DNA from: Paraspadella gotoi
Taxonomy: Eukaryota; Animalia; Chaetognatha
Assembly (NCBI GenBank): GCA_051294375.1
Contig: CM119270.1
Location: forward strand, 17,420,893 to 17,484,892
Reading direction: 5' to 3'
DNA: 64,000 nt
The position numbers and the translations under genes were made by a program. Below, one piece after another: positions 13,030 through 24,937 of this stretch. The notes under the pieces were generated by a model that did no database searches, had not been told where the DNA came from, and saw only the letters and a list, made by a program, of their open reading frames with translations. The stretch's first letter is position 1, and each line of letters opens with the position of its first letter.

Positions 13030-13269
13030 CACTAGACTATGTGGATAAGGCGCTACGTGGGCTGAAGATGACTGTCCGTAACTTCTATAACCCCCTCTAG
13101 CAGCCATGGAACGGGTCCCTGGGCTTGGAACCAGGCTTGAGAGTTTGCCATGCCCCCAAGGCGGCTTACGGCCGTCCTCACGCTTCCCGCAGGGTAGGTA
13201 CCGGGTTGGGATTGAACCCGGTACCTAGTGGTCATGAGCTGATGGCTTTACTCAATGAGCCACCGGGTC
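13030..13269 (-). mobile_element. tRNA-derived SINE; inverted duplicate at 19616-19850
   Basis: Minus-strand head GACCCGGTGGCTCATTGAGTAAAGC...GGGTTCAATCCC with Pol III A-box- and B-box-like motifs, followed by a GC-rich structured body. Confidence 0.6.
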
Positions 13270-13334
13270 ACAACTGAAAGTGTCATGATTCTAGGCGGGG
13301 TGAACCTAGGCAATTCCCGACTACAACTATATTA

Positions 13335-13720
13335 TGTCAGTTGACCAAATTATGCCAGTTGACCAAATAATGCAAGTTGATAAAATTCTGGAAGTTGATT
13401 AAATTATGCGAGTTGATCAAATTATGCAAGTTGACCAAATTATGCCGGTTGCCAATTTATGCCAGTTGATGTAATTATGTCAGTTTACCAAATTAAGCAA
13501 GTTAACCAAATTATGCCAGTTAACCAATTCATGCCAGTTGACCAAATTTCGAAACTTGACCGAATTACATCAGTTGACCATATTATACTAATTGACCAAA
13601 TTATGCCTGTTGACCAAATTATGCTAGATGACCAAATTATGTCAATTGACCAAAATTATGCCATTTGATTTAATTATGCAAGTTGATTAAATTATGAAAG
13701 TTGACCAAATTATGCAAGTT
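13335..13720. repeat. 18-bp tandem array (GTTGACCAAATTATGCCA-type) within a HINE; inverted copy at ~19197-19552
   Basis: About 20 degenerate 18-bp units visible directly. Confidence 0.85.
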
Positions 13721-13806
13721 TGTATTGGCACAGCTACTGGTAATGATTGATAGATCAATTGATAAATAGATTTTTTCATAGATTTATTGAGAAGTCTGTT
13801 ATGATT

Positions 13807-16800
13807 CATCTGCACGGAGATTGTCGAGGATTCGCGCGCGGGCCGCGGCGTCGACGTCAGTTGTTGGGACCGGAAGTAGCTCTCCAGGGAGCATCAGAGT
13901 CTTGCTCAGTGTTAGCTCTGCGGGGAGGCGTCCGAATCTTCTCGCGGAGTTGCAGGAGGCTTAATAGAGTCCATGGAGCTGTGCCAGCCAGTTATGTCCG
14001 GCGGCGTCGCAGCGGCGCGCAGGGCTGCCTTTAGCGTCCGATGAAGGCGCTCGACCATCCCGTGGATTGGGAGTGGTAGGCGGTCGTCGTGGAAGGGTCG
14101 AAGCCAACTACCGCCGCCACTTGGCGCCACAATTCTGATGTGAATTGGGCGCCATGATCGGTGCGTGACAACGGAGGGGACACCGAAGCGAGAGACCCAG
14201 TTTTGCAAGAAGGCGGCGGCGACGGAGGCGGCGGAGGTGTCACGAAGTGGCGCCGCTTCCGGCCAGCGCGTGAAGTGGTCAATCATCGTCAGAAGATGAG
14301 TATGACCAGAGACGGCTGGCAGCGGTCCCACCAGGTCGATATGGACGTGAGCGAAACGTTTGGCTGGTGGTTCGAATTTCTGGAGCAGCGCGCGGAACGT
14401 GGCACTGCGTCTTGGCGCGCTGACAAGTGTCGCATGACCCTGCCCATCGTGCGATGTCGATGGGCTGATGGCCATACAAAGCGCATCGTCACGAGCTTTT
14501 TAGACGCGCGAACTCCCGGGTGGGCGATGCCATAGGTGGCATCAAAAATGCGCCGGCGCCATGATGCCGGAACGAGTGGGCATGCCCGGGAGCCGGAGAT
14601 GTCCAAATGAGTGTCGTGTTGCTGATCAGGAATATTTTAAGTCGGAGCGCCGTATGAGGTCATATGAGGAGCCGTTGGACATCATCGTCAGTGGCTTGAT
14701 CAGCCACCATTGCCTCGAAGTTGACTTGGAGGGCGCCGACGGGTTGACGGTGCGGCATGTCCTCACACTCTTTTTGCGGCATTCAAGTTCGCTTCAGGTT
14801 GATCTGTAGGGATAGTCGACGGTGGTGGCGCTGGCGGAGGAGTTGGCGGGTGGGATAGGGTGTCGGCGACGACGTTCGCCTTTCAGGCAATATGACAGAT
14901 GTCGCCAGTATATTCAGCAATGCCTGCCAGTAGATAGGTTTTGCCTCATGGTGTGAGGTTCAGCCTTTTTCCGTAGCGCTGGCACAAGCGAGATATGGTC
15001 GCTAAAGAGCGTGAAGCGTGAAGCGTAAGGGCGGAAATGGCGAATCGAGGCATGGGCAGCGAGAAGTTCCGTGTCGAAGGGCGGCCATTTTCATTGATTG
15101 GGTTTCAGCAGCTTTGAATGAAAACCCAGGGGCTGCCATTGGCCGTCGACAAGCTGTTCGAGGACGGCGCCGACGGCGATGTCAGAGGCGTCGACAGTAA
15201 GAGCGAGAGGAGCTCCGTCTATAGGGTGGACAGCATTGTGGAGTCGGCAAGAGCATCCTTGATTGCCTGGAAAGCGGACGTCTTGCGGGGCCGCCCATTT
15301 TAGCGCGCGCGGTTTTCCGCGGAGAACTTCAAGAAGGGGGTCGAGATGATGTGCGGCATGGGGCACGAATCGGCGGTAGTAGTTGAAGACCCCAAGAAAA
15401 CGTTGAAGTTCTTTGACGGTGGTGGGCGTGGCCATCTCGCGTAGCGCCTCTACCTTTGACGGAAGGGGGTGGACGCCGTCTTTGTCGACGTTGTAGCCGA
15501 GGAAATCCAGGCTGGAGGCGCCGAAAACGCATTTAGCGCGGTTAACGATGAGGCCATTGTCGGCAAGCGCGTTGAGACGCGCTTGAGATCCTCTTGATGT
15601 TCTTCGTGTGAGTGGGATGCCACAAGCAGGTCATCCAAGTAGACAAAGACATGGGGAATGCCACTCAGGACTTGATCCATCATGCATTGGAAATCCTGAC
15701 CGGCGTTTTTCAACCCAAAATGGCTGTCAGATTGGAGGCGTTACGTGTGGTCACTGGCATCGTACTCGTTTCTTCTTCGTCGGCGGGATCGTTGGGCGAT
15801 GCGAGGGTCGTGATCCAGCAGCGAACTTGGAGTGATGGGAGTCAAGTACGGGCGGGACAATTGTAGTCAAAGACAAGTATCAGGTTCCCGTGAAGGGATT
15901 CGCGGACCGGGTTTGTATTGAAAACGAAATGTTCGATTTGATTTGAGGCATCGTGGTGTGAGTAAAGAGAGTTATTTGGTCACGATAGACCTGTACGTTC
16001 GCGTTTTATTACTGATTTGAAAATTCTATGAAAAGTATGTCGAATTTAATTTAAAATATTTGTTTTGAAGAGTTGTCATTGGTTTCGTTTGTCAAGGATT
16101 GTTTGCAGCATCGAGACCGCTGAGTCCAATTCAGAAACTTGCTGCGATATGTTAGACTTGATGCCCAAAAATCCCGTATTTATCTCACCGGTCTGGTTGA
16201 GGATGGCCATATCTCATTTTTCAATGGCATCATCTATTTCTTTTGTTTCCTCTTTTATAGTTTTATTCAAATCTACGAGATGGTCAGCCAGAATCCTTGC
16301 CTTGGAATCTACTTCGTCTTGCACAGTTGTAATGTTAGACTGTATATTATTTGTTTCCTGTAAAATATTTTCTTCGGCAGCTGAAATAACTTCAAAATGT
16401 TTTCACTTTTTCAAATCTATACTTCTATCCAAAGTGTCCAGTTTAGCTCGAACCTGATTGTTGTATATAGAAGTTTTATTGTTCAGCTTTGATAAAGCAA
16501 GGTCTATATCTAAGGTCTCCTTGCTGAAGTTTGTTAGAAGACTGCCCAAAATTTTCATCAATTTCATTTGTTTCGTTTATCAGCTTGCTTTCTTGAGCCT
16601 CAAACCTCTGCCTATATCATCCATCCTTTTAATGACTTCCTGATGAACCAAATTAAGTTTTCCATCTATTTTTGTTGACCTTTCATCAATTGTATCATTG
16701 ATGCTGTTAAGAAAATCATCAACTTCTCTGAACTCTTCATTAAGTTTTGTCGTCAGATTTGATATCGCTGTGTTGACCTCATTTGTTTCCATCTTGACTA

Positions 16801-18735
16801 CTCCATCCAAGTTGATCAGGTCTTTGTCAATCTTGACGGTTTCATTGTCAACTTTTTTGCTCAGTTTCTGCAATGATTCATTGATGGCATCCGTTTATTC
16901 AATAGCTCTTGTCTGGTCTTTGTGATGGTCTGGTCCAACTCATTTGTCTTTTCTATCAAGGTCTCATTGATCTTCCTGGAGGATTCATCCAACTCGTTGG
17001 TCTCATGGACAACAAGCATCTTCAAACTCATCATCTCTGTTTGGATTTCCTCGGTTTCATTGTAGACCAACTTGTGGACATTCCCCAGGTTTGTGTCAAT
17101 CTGATTAGTCTCCATCGTGACTTCGTTGGACAATTTGTCGACATTGGCGTCGATTTTGTTCATTTGGTTTGTCAATTCTTGACTCAATTTTGCTTTTCCT
17201 CCGTAATTTGTTTTTTGACTTTCGTCAAGTCGGCCAGCACTTGGTTTAAGACGTTCATAACATCACCCTTGATATCATCTTTCATCTCTTTAACTTTGAC
17301 TGACATTGAATCCAGATTTGTGCCTTTGAAGTCTCCATCCTCGTCACCGTGGAGCTTGCCCAATCGCTGAAATAGAAAGTATCATTAATGAATGTAATAT
17401 ATGGATCCATTGGGATTCCTCCCAACAGGATTCCTCCCACACGGGATTCCTCCCACACGGGTTTCCTCCCACACGGGATTCCTGCCAATGGAATTACTCC
17501 CACACGGGATTCCTCCCAAAGGAATTCCTCCCACGCGGGATTCCTCCCACACGGGGTTCCTCCCCATGGAATTCCTCCCACGCGGGATTCCTCCCACACG
17601 GGATTCCTCCCAACAGGATTCCTCCCACACGGTTTTCCTCCCACACGGGATTCCTCCCATGCGGGATTCCTCCCACACGGGATTCCTCCCACACAGAATT
17701 CCTCCCACGCGGGATTCCTCCCACAAGGGGCAACTCCGTTGAAGCGGTACTTGCGTCCGCTGAAGGAGATTCGTCCTTTCCGTGACCGCGGCGAGTTTGG
17801 TATTGATGTCGAATACCATTTGAAACAGTTTTTCGATTTGCATTTCGAGGGGCATCGCGGATGTCGAGGCGGCGGCGTCGTGGAATGCGTCGTCGCGGCC
17901 GGCGCTTTCAGATTGGGAGGCGTTACGCGTGGTCACCGGCATCGTCGTTTCTTCTTTTTCGGCAGGCGTTGGAGGGCGTGTGACGCTTGGGTGATGAGAA
18001 CGCGGCATTTAAAAAAAAATATTATTCACTTTGAAAAAATTATTTGCCTTGAAAAAGAAAGATATGATTCAATTTAAAAAAATATTTGTTTTGAAGAGTT
18101 GTATTGGCAAAAAACGATTCGAATCGAGAGAATTTGAGAGAGAAAAAAAAGAATTTGGCAAAAAACGCGTTAAAGTTTTCTTTTTGAGTCGATTTAAATT
18201 AAAAAATTAATTAAAAAAAATGGTTTGAATTAAAATTTGGTTCGGCGATAATCGCGCGGAGTTTGTTTCGATTTGTTGAGAAAGTAGTTTTCCTTTTTGT
18301 TTTTTGTTTTGTTTTTTTTTTTGTTTTTTGTTTCGTTTTGTTTCTTTTTTATATTTTTTCAAGTCGGGCTCACCACGTGTGGACGCAACAAGTTTCAGAG
18401 TAAGAATAATTTATTCTTCAACAACGTTATAAACAATAACAGTAAAAATGGTCAGATGCTTAAATCTATTACAATGGTATTTACAAGGGTCAACGTTTGA
18501 CCATAAATAAGTTGGGGGAATTGAGCGAGTTAAGGTTGGTAAGGTCATGTGGTTTGACCAGGTTGCGTGTTCTAGATGTTCGTCCACACTACCCCTATTT
18601 AGAGTCGGAATCTGCAATAAGCAGTTTCGATTAAAAACGTTTGAAAAAGACGCATCGTTAAAAAAAAACCAAACAAATTCTTACCTTTCTATCGTTGTTT
18701 TGAAATTGCTTATCCCATTCAGATTCTGTGAGGTT
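13807..18735 (-). mobile_element. Left arm of large inverted repeat: reverse-complement copy of the chimeric Ty3/Gypsy element at 19892-24709
   Basis: Same integrase/RNase H/RT sequence (13807-15723), captured exon copy (16074-17366), 16-bp array (17410-17725), gag start (18008) and LTR (18378-18588), all inverted. Noisier, with a garbled stretch at 15780-16050. Confidence 0.85.
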
Positions 18736-20038
18736 GAGCTGAGTTGGAATATCGATTCCTGAGCCGGCACGAACTACTAATAGAACCACGTCACCTTGAA
18801 ACAAGTTTGAGAAAATAATGATGGATTTGCCTACGATAATTAAGTGGTAATAAGCAAATCCGATGATAAATCATGGTAATTTTTCTGACTCTCAATTTGT
18901 GATTACAACANNNNNNNNNNNNNNNNNNNNNNNNNGAGCTGAGTTGGAATATCGATTCCTGAGCCGGCACGAACTACTAATAGAACCACGTCACCTTGAA
19001 ACAAGTTTGAGAAAATAATGATGGATTTGCCTACGATAATTAAGTGGTAATAAGCAAATCCGATGATAAATCATGGTAATTTTTCTGACTCTCAATTTGT
19101 GATTACAACAAATCATAACAGACTTCTCAATAAATCTATGAAAAAATCTATTTATCAATTGATCTATCAATCATTACCAGTAGCTGTGCCAATACAAACT
19201 TGCATAATTTGGTCAACTTTCATAATTTAATCAACTTGCATAATTAAATCAAATGGCATAATTTTGGTCAATTGTAACAATAATTTGGTGCAATTAGTAT
19301 AATATGGTCAACTGATGTAATTCGGTCAAGTTTCGAAATTTGGTCAACTGGCATGAATTGGTTAACTGGCATAATTTGGTTAACTTGCTTAATTTGGTAA
19401 ACTGACATAATTACATCAACTGGCATAAATTGGCAACCGGCATAATTTGGTCAACTTGCATAATTTGATCAACTCGCATAATTTAATCAACTTCCAGAAT
19501 TTTATCAACTTGCATTATTTGGTCAACTGGCATAATTTGGTCAACTGACATAATATAGTTGTAGTCGGGAATTGCCTAGGTTCACCCCGCCTAGAATCAT
19601 GACACTTTCAGTTGTGACCCGGTGGCTCATTGAGTAAAGCCATCAGCTCATGACCACTAGGTACGGGGTTCAATCCAACCCGGTACCTACCCTGCAGGGA
19701 AGCGTGAGGACGGCCGTAAGCCGCCTTGGGGGCATGGCAAACTCTCAAGCCTGGTTCCAAGCCAGGGACCCATTCCATGGCTGCTAGAGGGGTTATAGAA
19801 GTTACGGACAGTCATCTTCAGCCCACGTAGCGCCTTATCCACATAGTCTAGTGGGATAAATTGGTAAATTGTCGTAATTTGAACACCACGGAACCTCACA
19901 GAATCTGAATGGGATAAGCAATTTCAAAACAACGATAGAAAGGTAAGAATTTGTTTGGTTTTTTTTTAACGATGCGTCTTTTTCAAACGTTTTTAATCGA
20001 AACTGCTTATTGCAGATTCCGACTCTAAATAGGGGTAG

Positions 20039-20249
20039 TGTGGACGAACATCTAGAACACGCAACCTTGGTCAAACCACATGACCTTACCAACCTTAACT
20101 CGCTCAATTCCCCCAACTTATTTATGGTCAAACGTTGACCCTTGTAAATACCATTGTAATAGATTTAGCATCTGACCATTTTTACTGTTATTGTTTATAA
20201 CGTTGTTGAAGAATAAATTATTCTTACTCTGAAACTTGTTGCGTCCACA
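20039..20249 (+). mobile_element. 211-bp LTR of a Ty3/Gypsy element
   Basis: Perfect 8-bp terminal inverted repeats TGTGGACG...CGTCCACA, internal AATAAA, and a PBS 2 nt downstream. Same length in the inverted copy (18378-18588). Confidence 0.8.
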
Positions 20250-20251
20250 CG

Positions 20252-20264
20252 TGGTGAGCCCGAC
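20252..20264 (+). promoter_or_regulatory. Primer-binding site, tRNA-Trp type
   Basis: TGGTGAGCCCGAC is 12/13 complementary to the canonical metazoan tRNA-Trp 3' end (...GTCGGGGTCACCA, recalled from memory). Confidence 0.75.
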
Positions 20265-20618
20265 TTGAAAAAATATAAAAAAGAAACAAAACGAAACAAA
20301 AAACAAAAAAAAAACAAAACAAAAAACAAAAAGGAAAACTACTTCTCAACAAAATCGAAACAAACTCCGCGCGATTATCGCCGAACCAAATTTTTAATTC
20401 AAACCATTTTTTTTAATTAATTTTTTAATTTAAATCGACTCAAAAAGAAAACTTTAACGCGTTTTTTGCCAAATTCTTTTTTTTTCTCTCTCAAATTCTC
20501 TCGATTCGAATCGTTTTTTGCCAATACAACTCTTCAAAACAAATATTTTTTAAATTGAATCATATCTTTCTTTTTCAAGGCAAATAATTTTTTCAAAGTG
20601 AATAATATTTTTTTTTAA

Positions 20619-20903
20619 ATGCCGCGTTCTCATCACCCAAGCGTCACACGCCCTCCAACGCCTGCCGAAAAAGAAGAAACGACGATGCCGGTGACCACGC
20701 GTAACGCCTCCCAATCTGAAAGCGCCGGCCGCGACGACGCATTCCACGACGCCGCCGCCTCGACATCCGCGATGCCCCTCGAAATGCAAATCGAAAAACT
20801 GTTTCAAATGGTATTCGACATCAATACCAAACTCGCCGCGGTCACGGAAAGGACGAATCTCCCTTCAGCGGACGCAAGTACCGCTTCAACGGAGTTGCCC
20901 CCT
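20619..20903 (+). pseudogene. Probable gag N-terminus, interrupted; its start is repeated at 22682-22782
   Basis: First GC-rich ORF after the PBS and leader (MPRSHHPSVTRPPTP...MQIEKLFQMVFDINTKLAAV). Assignment is positional only. Confidence 0.5.
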
Positions 20904-21235
20904 TGTGGGAGGAATCCCGCGTGGGAGGAATTCTGTGTGGGAGGAATCCCGTGTGGGAGGAATCCCGCATGGGAGGAATCCCGTGTGGGAGGAAAACCGT
21001 GTGGGAGGAATCCCAAGTGGGAGGAATCCTGTTGGGAGGAATCCCGTGTGGGAGGAATCCCGCGTGGGAGGAATTCCATGGGGAGGAACCCCGTGTGGGA
21101 GGAATCCCGCGTGGGAGGAATTCCTTTGGGAGGAATCCCGTGTGGGAGTAATTCCATTGGCAGGAATCCCGTGTGGGAGGAAACCCGTGTGGGAGGAATC
21201 CCGTGTGGGAGGAATCCTGTTGGGAGGAATCCCAA
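20904..21235. repeat. 15/16-bp minisatellite (TGGGAGGAATCCCGTG)n, ~21 units; inverted copy at 17410-17725
   Basis: Directly visible head-to-tail units without spacers. Confidence 0.95.
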
Positions 21236-21278
21236 TGGATCCATATATTACATTCATTAATGATACTTTCTATTTCAG

Positions 21279-22573
21279 CGATTGGGCAAGCTCCACGGTG
21301 ACGAGGATGGAGACTTCAAAGGCACAAATCTGGATTCAATGTCAGTCAAAGTTAAAGAGATGAAAGATGATATCAAGGGTGATGTTATGAACGTCTTAAA
21401 CCAAGTGCTGGCCGACTTGACGAAAGTCAAAAAACAAATTACGGAGGAAAAGCAACAATTGAGTCAAGAATTGACAAACCAAATGAACAAAATCGACGCC
21501 AATGTCGACAAATTGTCCAACGAAGTCACGATGGAGACTAATCAGATTGACACAAACCTTGGGAATGTCCACAAGTTGGTCTACAATGAAACCGAGGAAA
21601 TCCAAACAGAGATGATGAGTTTGAAGATGCTTGTTGTCCATGAGACCAACGAATTGGATGAATCCTCCAGGAAGATCAATGAGACCTTAATAGAAAAGAC
21701 AAATGAGTTGGACCAGACCATCACAAAGACCAGACAAGAGCTATTTAACAAAACAGATGCCATCAATGAATCATTGCAGAAACTGAGCAAAAAAGTTGAC
21801 AATGAAACCGTCAAGATTGACAAAGACCTGATCAACTTGGATGGAGTAGTCAAGATGGAAACAAATGAGGTCAACACAGCGATATCAAATCTGACGACAA
21901 AACTTAATGAAGAGTTCAGAGAAGTTGATGATTTTCTTAACAGCATCAATGATACAATTGATGAAAGGTCAACAAAAATAGATGGAAAACTTAATTTGGT
22001 TCATCAGGAAGTCATTAAAAGGATGGATGATATAGGCAGAGGTTTGAGGGCTCAAGAAAGCAAGCTGATAAACGAAACAAATGAAATTGATGAAAATTTT
22101 GGGCAGTCTTCTAACAAACTTCAGCAAGGAGACCTTAGATATAGACCTTGCTTTATCAAAGCTGAACAATAAAACTTCTATATACAACAATCAGGTTCGA
22201 GCTAAACTGGACACTTTGGATAGAAGTATAGATTTGAAAAGTGAAAACATTTTTGAAGTTATTTCAGCTGCCGAAGAAAATATTTTACAGGAAACAAATA
22301 ATATACAGTCTAACATTACAACTGTGCAAGACGAAGTAGATTCCAAGGCAAGGATTCTGGCTGACCATCTCGTAGATTTGAATAAAACTATAAAAGAGGA
22401 AACAAAAGAAATAGATGATGCCATTGAAAAATGAGATATGGCCATCCTCAACCAGACCGGTGAGATAAATACGGGATTTTTGGGCATCAAGTCTAACATA
22501 TCGCAGCAAGTTTCTGAATTGGACTCAGCGGTCTCGATGCTGCAACAATCCTTGACAAACGAAACCAATGACA
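21279..22573 (+). pseudogene. Captured, truncated copy of host exon 2 (host 11040-12331), including its splice acceptor
   Basis: Near-identical to the host exon but with several substitutions, an extra T (~22099) and a TTA>TGA stop (22432-22434). All of these are shared with the inverted copy at 16074-17366. Confidence 0.9.
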
Positions 22574-22785
22574 ACTCTTCAAAACAAATATTTTTTAAAT
22601 TGAATCATTTTTTAAAAAGCGAATCATATCTTTCTTTTTCAAGGCAAATAATTTTTTCAAAGTGAATAATATTTTTTTTAAATGCCGCGTTCTCATCACC
22701 CAAGCGTCACACGCCCTCCAACGCCCGCCGACGAAGAAGAAACGACGATGCCAGTGACCACACGTAACGCCTCCCAATCTGACAG

Positions 22786-24888
22786 CCATTTGGGTTGAAA
22801 AACGCCGGTCAGGATTTCCAATGCATGATGGATCAAGTCCTGAGTGGCATTCCCCATGTCTTTGTCTACTTGGATGACCTGCTTGTGGCATCCCACTCAC
22901 ACGAAGAACATCAAGAGGATCTCAAGCGCGTCTTCAACGCGCTTGCCGACAATGGCCTCATCGTTAACCGCGCTAAATGCGTTTTCGGCGCCTCCAGCCT
23001 GGATTTCCTCGGCTACAACGTCGACAAAGACGGCGTCCACCCCCTTCCGTCAAAGGTAGAGGCGCTACGCGAGATGGCCACGCCCACCACCGTCAAAGAA
23101 CTTCAACGTTTTCTTGGGGTCTTCAACTACTACCGCCGATTCGTGCCCCATGCCGCACATCATCTCGACCCCCTTCTTGAAGTTCTCCGCGGAAAACCGC
23201 GCGCGCTAAAATGGGCGGCCCCGCAAGACGCCGCTTTCCAGGCAATCAAGGATGCTCTTGCCGACTCCACAATGCTGATCCACCCTATAGACGGAGCTCC
23301 TCTCGCTCTTACTGTCGACGCCTCTGACATCGCCGTCGGCGCCGTCCTCGAACAGCTTGTCGACGGCCAATGGCAGCCCCTGGGTTTTCATTCAAAGCTG
23401 CTGAAACCCAATCAATGAAAATGGCCGCCCTTCGACACGGAACTTCTCGCTGCCCATGCCTCGATTCGCCATTTCCGCCCTTACGCTTCACGCTTCACGC
23501 TCTTTAGCGACCATATCTCGCTTGTGCCAGCGCTACGGAAAAAGGCTGAACCTCACACCATGAGGCAAACCTATCTACTGGCAGGCATTGCTGAATATAC
23601 TGGCGACATCTGTCATATTGCCTGAAAGGCGAACGTCGTCGCCGACACCCTATCCCACCCGCCAACTCCTCCGCCAGCGCCACCACCGTCGACTATCCCT
23701 ACAGATCAACCTGAAGCGAACTTGAATGCGCAAAAAGAGCGTGAGGACATCGCCGCCACCGTCAACGCCGTCGGCGCCCTCCAAGTCAACTTCGAGGCAA
23801 TGGTGGCTGATCAAGCCACTGACGATGATGTCCAACGGCTCCTCATTGACCCTCATACGGCGCTCCGACTTAAAAATATTCTGATCAGCAACACGACACT
23901 CATTTGCGACATCTCCGGCTCCCGGGCATGCCCACTCGTTCCGGCATCATGGCGCCGGCGCATTTTTGATGCCACCTATGGCATCGCCCACCCGGGAGTT
24001 CGCGCGTCTAAAAAGCTCGTGACGATGCGCTTTGTATGGCCATCAGCCTCATCCGACATCGCACGATGGGCAGGGTCATGCGACACTTGTCAGCGCGCCA
24101 AGACGCAGTGCCACGTCCGCGCGCTGCTCCAGAAATTCGAACCACCAGCCAAACGTTTCGCTCACGTCCATATCGACCTGGTGGGACCGCTGCCAGCCGT
24201 CTCTGGTCATACTCATCTTCTGACGATGATTGACCACTTCACGCGCTGGCCGGAAGCGGCGCCACTTCGTGACACCTCCGCCGCCTCCGTCGCCGCCGCC
24301 TTCTTGCAAAACTGGGTCTCTCGCTTCGGTGTCCCCTCCGTTGTCACCACCGATCATGGCGCCCAATTCACATCAGAATTGTGGCGCCAAGTGGCGGCGG
24401 TAGTTGGCTTCGACCCTTCCACGACGACCGCCTACCACTCCCAATCCAACGGGATGGTCGAGCGCCTTCATCGGACGCTAAAGGCAGCCCTGCGCGCCCG
24501 CTGCGACGCCGCCGGACATAACTGGCTGGCACAGCTCCCATGGACTCTATTAAGCCTCCTCGCAACTCCGCGAGAAGATTCGGACGCCTCCCCCGCAGAG
24601 CTAACACTGAGCAAGACTCTGATGCTCCCTGGAGAGCTACTTCCGGTCCCAACAACTGACGTCGACGCCGCGGCCCGCGCGCGAATCCTCGACAATCTCC
24701 GTGCAGATGTTGCTCTCATGCAGCCTCTGCCCGCCGCTTGGCATGCGGCGCCGCCCTCTCATGTGCCGGAAATGCTCGCTGACGCTGACCGCGTCTATGT
24801 CCGACACGACGGACATTCGACGCCGCTCCAACCACCTTCCGACGGCCCTTACAACGTCCTCGAACGTGGTCCCAAAACTTTCGACTGA
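22786..24888 (+). mobile_element. pol: Ty3/Gypsy pol remnant (RT C-terminal half, RNase H, integrase), disrupted and 3'-truncated
   Basis: PFGLKNA...YLDD (RT); TVDASDIAVGAVLEQ (RNase H); HPG...CDTC, HIDLVGPLP, TTDHGAQF, NGMVERLHRTLK, GPY (integrase). In-frame stops (e.g. 23416-23418); no 3' LTR. Confidence 0.95.
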
Positions 24889-24937
24889 AACCTGAACCAC
24901 CACAGGCGCGACAAACAAAAAAATTAGACATTTTTTT

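Noticed and set aside
18736-19110. 175-bp direct repeat as an LTR or TSD
   Set aside because: Identical sequence on both sides of an N gap indicates an unmerged contig overlap.
17282-21363. Long ORFs through the TGGGAGGAATCCCGTG arrays as repeat proteins
   Set aside because: Open in nearly all frames on both strands simply because the unit lacks stop codons.
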